DNA from: Candidatus Sericytochromatia bacterium
GTDB lineage: Bacteria; Cyanobacteriota; Sericytochromatia; S15B-MN24; UBA4093
Length of the DNA: 64,000 bases
Direction of reading: 5' to 3'
NCBI GenBank assembly: GCA_036676495.1
Contig: JAKFCT010000031.1
Coordinates: forward strand, 1 to 64,000
Made by a program: the position numbers and the translations under genes. A model generated the notes under the pieces. The model did no database searches and was not told the origin of the DNA. It saw nothing but the letters and a program-made list of their open reading frames with translations. Below are positions 59,056 to 64,000 of this stretch, piece by piece; the stretch's first letter is position 1, and each line of letters starts with the position of its first letter.

Positions 59056-60054
59056 CTAGCCCTTGCGGCGGGCCCATGCCGTGGCGAGGCCGGCCGCTCC
59101 GAGGCCTGCGAGGGCCAGCTTCCCGCGGTTGAGCGTGCCCCAGAGCTGGACGGAATAGGGCGACGCGCAGTGGTCGAAGGCTCCGTGCGCTCCGTAGTCG
59201 CGCTCCTCGTCGGCCGGCTCCCAGAGGTTGCAAGGCTGCATCTCGAGGGAAGGCTCGCGGGTTTGCTGGGAGCGGTAGCCGATGCTTCCCAGGTAGCGAT
59301 CGAGCAAACCGGGAGCGAGCTTCTGGCCGAAGATGGCGGCCATGGTGGACATGCCCACGTAGACCTCGCGGCGCTCATGGTCGGCGGCCCAGAGGATGGC
59401 CTCGGCGGCGACCTCGGGCTGGAAGATGGGGGGGACGGGCTGGGACTGGTGAGGGAGGCGGCTCTTCTCCCAGTCGAACTGCGGGGTGTTGAGGGCGGGC
59501 ATCTGGACCATGGTCACGCGGACGTTGCTGTCGTCGTGCTCCAGCTCGCAGCGAAGAGAGTCGGTGAAGCCCGCGATGGCGTGCTTGGCGGCGCAGTACG
59601 CCGATTGCAGGGGGATGCTCCGGTAAGCCAGGGCGGATCCCACCTGCACGATCACCCCGCGATCGCGCGGTTTCATGCGCTTCAAGGCGGCGAGCGTCCC
59701 GTAGACGTAGCCCAGGTAGGTGACCTCGGTGACGCGCCGGAACTCGGCGGCCGTCATCTCGGAGATGGGAGAGAAGACCGAGACCATGGCGTTGTTGACC
59801 CAGACGTCGATCGGCCCGAACTTCTCCTCGACCTCCTGGGCCGCCTCCTCGATCCGATCGGCATCCGAGACGTCGCCTTTCAGGATGAGCGCTTCTCCGC
59901 CGGCCGCCTCGACGTCCCGGCGGGAGCCTTCGAGGCCTGCCGTCCCCCGGGCGATCAGGCCGATGCGAGCCCCCCGCTTGGCGAAGGCGATCGCCGTCGC
60001 CCTCCCCACTCCGGCCGAGGCTCCCGTGATGACGACCACCTGCCGCTCGGTCAT
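59056..60054 (-). CDS. SDR-family oxidoreductase
   Basis: TGASAGVG, VNNA, YCAAK. Confidence 0.95.
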   Translation of the reverse strand: MTERQVVVITGASAGVGRATAIAFAKRGARIGLIARGTAGLEGSRRDVEAAGGEALILKGDVSDADRIEEAAQEVEEKFGPIDVWVNNAMVSVFSPISEMTAAEFRRVTEVTYLGYVYGTLAALKRMKPRDRGVIVQVGSALAYRSIPLQSAYCAAKHAIAGFTDSLRCELEHDDSNVRVTMVQMPALNTPQFDWEKSRLPHQSQPVPPIFQPEVAAEAILWAADHERREVYVGMSTMAAIFGQKLAPGLLDRYLGSIGYRSQQTREPSLEMQPCNLWEPADEERDYGAHGAFDHCASPYSVQLWGTLNRGKLALAGLGAAGLATAWARRKG

Positions 60055-60164
60055 GGCTTCACCCCTTTCGGATCGCTTTTCGGGTCCATGGGCGTCCTCC
60101 TCACGGGACGAACTTGGCGGCGTCCGGGCCCTTGAACTCGAGACCGGTCCGGGCCGGGGGCGGT

Positions 60165-60257
60165 CGGGGCGGGATCCCTGAGGTCGTTGATGCGGAGGTG
60201 CCGGGTCCGGCGGGCGGGAACGGTGATCCGGTAGGGGCCGACGGGCTCGCGATCGCA
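60165..60257 (-). pseudogene. Relic of a sensory rhodopsin transducer (ASRT-family) gene
   Basis: DREPVGPYRITVPARRTRHLRINDLRDP matches the ASRT core as recalled; flanks not homologous. Confidence 0.65.
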
Positions 60258-60398
60258 AGCCGATCGCGAGCCCCTCGCTCCCGCGCTGGGCACGTCCCGG
60301 CGCGATGCCCGCAGTATGACCCCGGGCGCGACGGCTTCGGCTGTCCAGTTTGACTGAAATTTGGGCCGGGACGGCGGCAGGAGGACCGGACGGAGAAC

Positions 60399-60432
60399 GA
60401 AAAAAACCGGCCTCCCCTTGGGGAGACCGGCT
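60399..60432 (-). terminator. Terminator downstream of tRNA
   Basis: CCGG..TCCCC/GGGGA..CCGG stem with T7 on the minus strand. Confidence 0.75.
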
Positions 60433-60434
60433 GA

Positions 60435-60509
<75 letters not shown>

Positions 60510-60599
60510 TCGATGGATCTACTTTACCACGCCTTATCCGGGAGATCAAGTCGCTTTGGACAAATTTCCCTCCCCGCCGCGGCCTTGAAACCCTCGCCG

Positions 60600-62399
60600 C
60601 TACTGCGAGAGCTCGGCCACCGGGGTGCTCAGGTAGCCCGCTACCCCCTTGGCGATCGCCTCGGCAGCCCGCTTCTGGTAGTCGCGATCCCCCAGGAGCC
60701 CCTCTTCTTCCGGGTTGGAGATGAACCCCGCCTCGATCAGGGCCGACGGGATCGTCGGATGCCGCAGCACGAAGAGCCGCGCCTCCCGCACGCCCCGATC
60801 CGGACGCTGCAGCTCGCTCACCAGCGCATGGTGAATCTGCTGCGCGAAACTCTGGCTCACCGTCGTCCGGTAGTACGTCTCCAGCCCCAGCGCGCTCGAC
60901 GCGTCATGCGAGTTCGCATGCACGCTCACCAGCGCATGCGCCCCCAGCTGGTCGATCATGCGCGCGCGCGCCGCCAGATCCAAGCTCACGTCGCCCGTGC
61001 GCGTCAGGACCGCGTTCACGCCGCGCGCCTGCAGCGCCTTTTGCAGCTTCAGGGCGATCGCCAGGTTCACGTCGCTCTCCTTGGTCCCCCCCGAACCCAA
61101 AGCCCCGGGATCGTCCCCGCCATGCCCCGGATCGATCAAGACCAGCGGACGCTTGGAGAGCGAAAGCGCCTGAGGCTGAATGGCCAGCACCAGGGTCTTG
61201 CCGTCGTCTTCCAGGCGGTTCTGGATGTCGAGCGGACCTTCCGGCAGCCGCGCTTCCAGCACCCAGAGATCCCCGTCCTCGCGGACTTCCAGGGCCTCGA
61301 CCTGCCCCTTGGCCTTCGGCAGCTTGCCCTTCAGGGCACCCGAGGGAATCTGCACCATCAAGCGCGCCGGATCGACCGCTTGCTGGATCTTCAGGCGAAG
61401 CGCCCGGTTGCCCTGAAGCTTGAGCTGCGTGCTGCCCCGCGATTGAGAGAGCTGGATCCCCACCTCCTCGCGCCCCGGTCTCGCCGCGACGCTTCGAGAG
61501 GCCGGCGATTCCTCGGCCTTCGCCTCCAGGGCTTCGGGCTCCGCAGCCCGGACTCCCTGGGACTTGGTCCCCTGGGACTTGGCCCCATGGGCCTTGGTCT
61601 CATGCGGCTTGCTCGCCAGGGTCTTGGCCCCCTGGGGCTTGGCCCCTTGGGTCTTGGCCGGGGTCGCTGGCTCCGGGCGTGCCGCCACGGCCACTTCCGG
61701 GCGCGTCTTGCGCCGGACCGCACCGGAGGCTCGCAGGGAGGCCGGAGGACCGAAGCGCTCGGGAGGACCATAGGCCTCCGCCACGGCGGCTTGGGGCTTG
61801 GCTGCATACTTGGTGGGCCGGTATTCGGGGGCTTGCCGCTCGGGAGCCTGCCGCTCGGGAGTGGCCCTCGGGGCTTCCTGCGCCGGGACCTCCTCGGGGC
61901 GATCCGCTCCCTGGAGCCGGATCACCAGGCGCGGCATCCCGCGAGGCTGGGTAATCTGAACGGGGACGGGACGATCGCAGTCGATCACGACCCGCAGGAA
62001 GCCCTCTTCCGGATGGGCGCCGATCCGGATCTTCTGGATCGGATCCGTCTCGACCGTGATGGCCTGGGCCAGGTTCGGATCCCCCAGCTCGGCGTCGAAG
62101 AGGTCCACTACCACGCGATCCGGCTCGCGCAGGTTGAAACTGCGGAACCGCAAGAGGCGATCCGAGCCCACGATCAGCCGCTCGCCGTCCCAGCGGAGTT
62201 CAGTGACGATCACCGAGTTCGCCGATGGTTCGACGGGGCGGACGGAGGTCTTGACGGCCGAAGGCGACCTGGACGGAGCCGCCGCCTGCAGCTCGCCGGC
62301 ATGCGCCTGGGGCTCGCCTACGAGGATCGCGTAAACGAGCGCAAGGAAGATGTTGGTAAGCTTCCGTCCCAAGGCGGTCACGATCCTGCTCCTCCCCAT
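60600..62399 (-). CDS. N-acetylmuramoyl-L-alanine amidase (Amidase_3) with AMIN domains
   Basis: IDPGHGG, ESDVNL, VSVHAN, LIEAGFISN; PDRVVVD and PARLMVQ AMIN motifs. Confidence 0.93.
   Translation of the reverse strand: MGRSRIVTALGRKLTNIFLALVYAILVGEPQAHAGELQAAAPSRSPSAVKTSVRPVEPSANSVIVTELRWDGERLIVGSDRLLRFRSFNLREPDRVVVDLFDAELGDPNLAQAITVETDPIQKIRIGAHPEEGFLRVVIDCDRPVPVQITQPRGMPRLVIRLQGADRPEEVPAQEAPRATPERQAPERQAPEYRPTKYAAKPQAAVAEAYGPPERFGPPASLRASGAVRRKTRPEVAVAARPEPATPAKTQGAKPQGAKTLASKPHETKAHGAKSQGTKSQGVRAAEPEALEAKAEESPASRSVAARPGREEVGIQLSQSRGSTQLKLQGNRALRLKIQQAVDPARLMVQIPSGALKGKLPKAKGQVEALEVREDGDLWVLEARLPEGPLDIQNRLEDDGKTLVLAIQPQALSLSKRPLVLIDPGHGGDDPGALGSGGTKESDVNLAIALKLQKALQARGVNAVLTRTGDVSLDLAARARMIDQLGAHALVSVHANSHDASSALGLETYYRTTVSQSFAQQIHHALVSELQRPDRGVREARLFVLRHPTIPSALIEAGFISNPEEEGLLGDRDYQKRAAEAIAKGVAGYLSTPVAELSQ
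61550..61660. repeat. Imperfect 15-bp coding repeats (xKxQG pentapeptides) in amidase linker
   Basis: AKTQG AKPQG AKTLA SKPHE TKAHG AKSQG TKSQG. Confidence 0.7.
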
Positions 62400-62601
62400 C
62401 GCCGCGGGCTCGAAGCGCCGACGGCCGTCTTCGATAAGCCTATTCGAATCCCCGCACGGTCGCGGTGCGTTCGGTCACGCGAACGCTCCTTCGGAACCTC
62501 GTTTAGTCGCCACGGGGTCGCGGTATATGCTCTTTACTGGACCGAAGGTCCTTTTTCTCCCCTCGATTTCATCGCCCTCTCCAGCCCGTAGGGAGCCCTC
62601 G

Positions 62602-63558
62602 ATGTCCAGTAATCAATTCGATCGTCTCGCCAAGCTTCCGGCCCTCCAGGGCTTCACCCCCGAGGAAATGGTCGCCTTCTTCCGGCTCGCCTCCAAGCAT
62701 GAGCACCAGCCCGGAGACGTGATCATCCGGACCGGAGACGTCGCGGATTGCTTCTACATCGTCGCGGCGGGCCAGGTCGAGATCTCCCTGAAGCAGCATG
62801 GCGCCGTCACGCCCCTGGCCCAGCTTTCGCAGGGTAGCCTCGTCGGAGAGATGCCCCTCCTGTACAGCCAGCCCGTCCGCCAAGCCGACGCCGTCGTCAC
62901 CCAGCCCACGACCTTGCTTCGCTTCAACTACGCGGATTACGAGCAGCTCTCGGCGCAAAACCCCCAACTCGCCAAGAAATTCCGGGGCAACCTGGGTCGG
63001 ATCGTCGCGGGGCGCGTCTGGAGCACGTTGCCGACCGAGCAAGCTCCCTCCAAGAGCCTGGATCCGGTGCCGCACGCTCCGGCGCATGCCGATACCGCCA
63101 AGCCGCAACCGCTTTCCAACCGGGAAATCATGCGCAAGGCCAACATCTTCGCCGGCCTCAACGACGACGAGCTGATGCAGCTCGAGGCGATCGCCCTGCC
63201 CATGGCCTACGACGCCGGAAAACCCATCGTCCGGACCGGGGACCCGGCCAGCGCCTTCTACCTCATCACCACGGGCTACGCGGAGGTCCAGACCCAGCAA
63301 GCCGGAAAGACCACGCCACTGGCTCGCCTGGGCGCGGGACAGGTCTTCGGCGAGATGGCCCTCGTCTACAAGCAGCCGAACCGCACCGCGGACGTGGTCG
63401 CCGTGGGCGACCTCAAGCTGCTTTGCTTCCCCTTCGACGATTATCAGCGGCTGGCCACCGCCGTCGAGTCCATCGGCCGCCGGATGCGCGGCAACCTCGG
63501 CCGCGTCGCTGCCAGCCGCTCCTGGTCGATGCCCGGAGTGGACGAGACCCGTCGCTGA
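62602..63558 (+). CDS. Protein with two cNMP-binding domains
   Basis: VGEMPLL..PVRQADA and FGEMALV..NRTADV phosphate-binding cassettes; no HTH. Confidence 0.88.
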   Translation: MSSNQFDRLAKLPALQGFTPEEMVAFFRLASKHEHQPGDVIIRTGDVADCFYIVAAGQVEISLKQHGAVTPLAQLSQGSLVGEMPLLYSQPVRQADAVVTQPTTLLRFNYADYEQLSAQNPQLAKKFRGNLGRIVAGRVWSTLPTEQAPSKSLDPVPHAPAHADTAKPQPLSNREIMRKANIFAGLNDDELMQLEAIALPMAYDAGKPIVRTGDPASAFYLITTGYAEVQTQQAGKTTPLARLGAGQVFGEMALVYKQPNRTADVVAVGDLKLLCFPFDDYQRLATAVESIGRRMRGNLGRVAASRSWSMPGVDETRR

Positions 63559-63607
63559 CGCGACCCGGCGCTGACGCGACCCGGCGCTGACGCGACCCGG
63601 CGCTGAC
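63553..63607. repeat. 16-bp tandem repeat (CGCTGACGCGACCCGG x3 plus partial)
   Basis: Exact units at 63553, 63569 and 63585. Confidence 0.9.
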
Positions 63608-63618
63608 CGAGTCGGGCG

Positions 63619-64000
63619 CTAGAAGTATTTGAGGCGCTTGAACCAGGCGACCAGCACGAGGGCGATCGCCAGCATCAGCCCGAGGGCGTAGGGGTAGCCC
63701 CAGCGCCACGCCAGCTCCGGCATGACGCGGAAGTTCATGCCGTAGATGCCGGCCACCAGCGTCACCGACATCAGCACCGCCGAGATGGTGGTCAATCGCT
63801 TCATGGTGTCGTTGGTTCGGTTGGCGGCAATCGACATGTACGCCTCCACCGCCGAGGCCACCAGGTCCCGGTAGAGGTCGATCGCGTCGGTGACCCGGAT
63901 CAGGTGGTCGTAGACGTCCTGGAGGTGCAGGAGCGTGTTCTGCCCGATCAGGGGCACTTCCCGCCGCACCAGCATGACGAAGGCGTCCCGCGTGGGCCCG
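63619..64000 (-). CDS. corA: Magnesium transporter CorA family, 3' part only
   Basis: DVYDH, GIYGMNF..MPEL, GYP; runs off window edge. Confidence 0.93.
   Translation of the reverse strand, partial: GPTRDAFVMLVRREVPLIGQNTLLHLQDVYDHLIRVTDAIDLYRDLVASAVEAYMSIAANRTNDTMKRLTTISAVLMSVTLVAGIYGMNFRVMPELAWRWGYPYALGLMLAIALVLVAWFKRLKYF

Noticed and set aside
63541-63607. Possible mini-CRISPR
   Set aside because: Units are directly adjacent 16-mers with no spacers and there are no cas genes in the window.

Overview
High-GC bacterial window. The organism is a diderm: DnaK has the diderm-type insert, and TamB and a secretin are present. An SphR-like regulator, an SLH protein and SigF-like promoters suggest a Cyanobacteriota-related lineage such as Sericytochromatia (inference). 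Left part (1-17.2 kb): dnaK-dnaJ, a serine hydrolase, an ABC exporter with a degenerate NBD fused to a cNMP-binding domain and divergent from two tandem SET-domain genes, an HD hydrolase, an M61 peptidase, and degenerate GGDEF-like, SLH and J-domain proteins. Centre (17.3-48.4 kb): a large type IV filament locus with seven prepilin-like genes, PilG/PilI-like accessory genes, secretin, PilC, fused PilM-N, fused PilO-P-like and an MshEN-PilB. Between pilB and the minor pilin triad lie two tandem cassettes, each encoding two ~1150-aa lipoproteins (conserved N-terminal domain, IPT/TIG, long NHL propeller region) plus small Thr-Pro lipoproteins. These cassettes share a GTTYA-N14-GGGTAT promoter with the major pilin, and a clostripain-family protease follows the minor pilins; this is the best candidate for an undescribed system. 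Right part: rplS, an SphR/PhoB-like regulator with a pho-box-like triplet, tamB, a GH-A lipoprotein, a pyruvate oxidase-like enzyme, an SDR, an ASRT relic, tRNA-fMet, an AMIN amidase, a cNMP-binding protein and partial corA. A dispersed palindromic repeat with a conserved asymmetric core occurs three times. No CRISPR array or transposase was seen.
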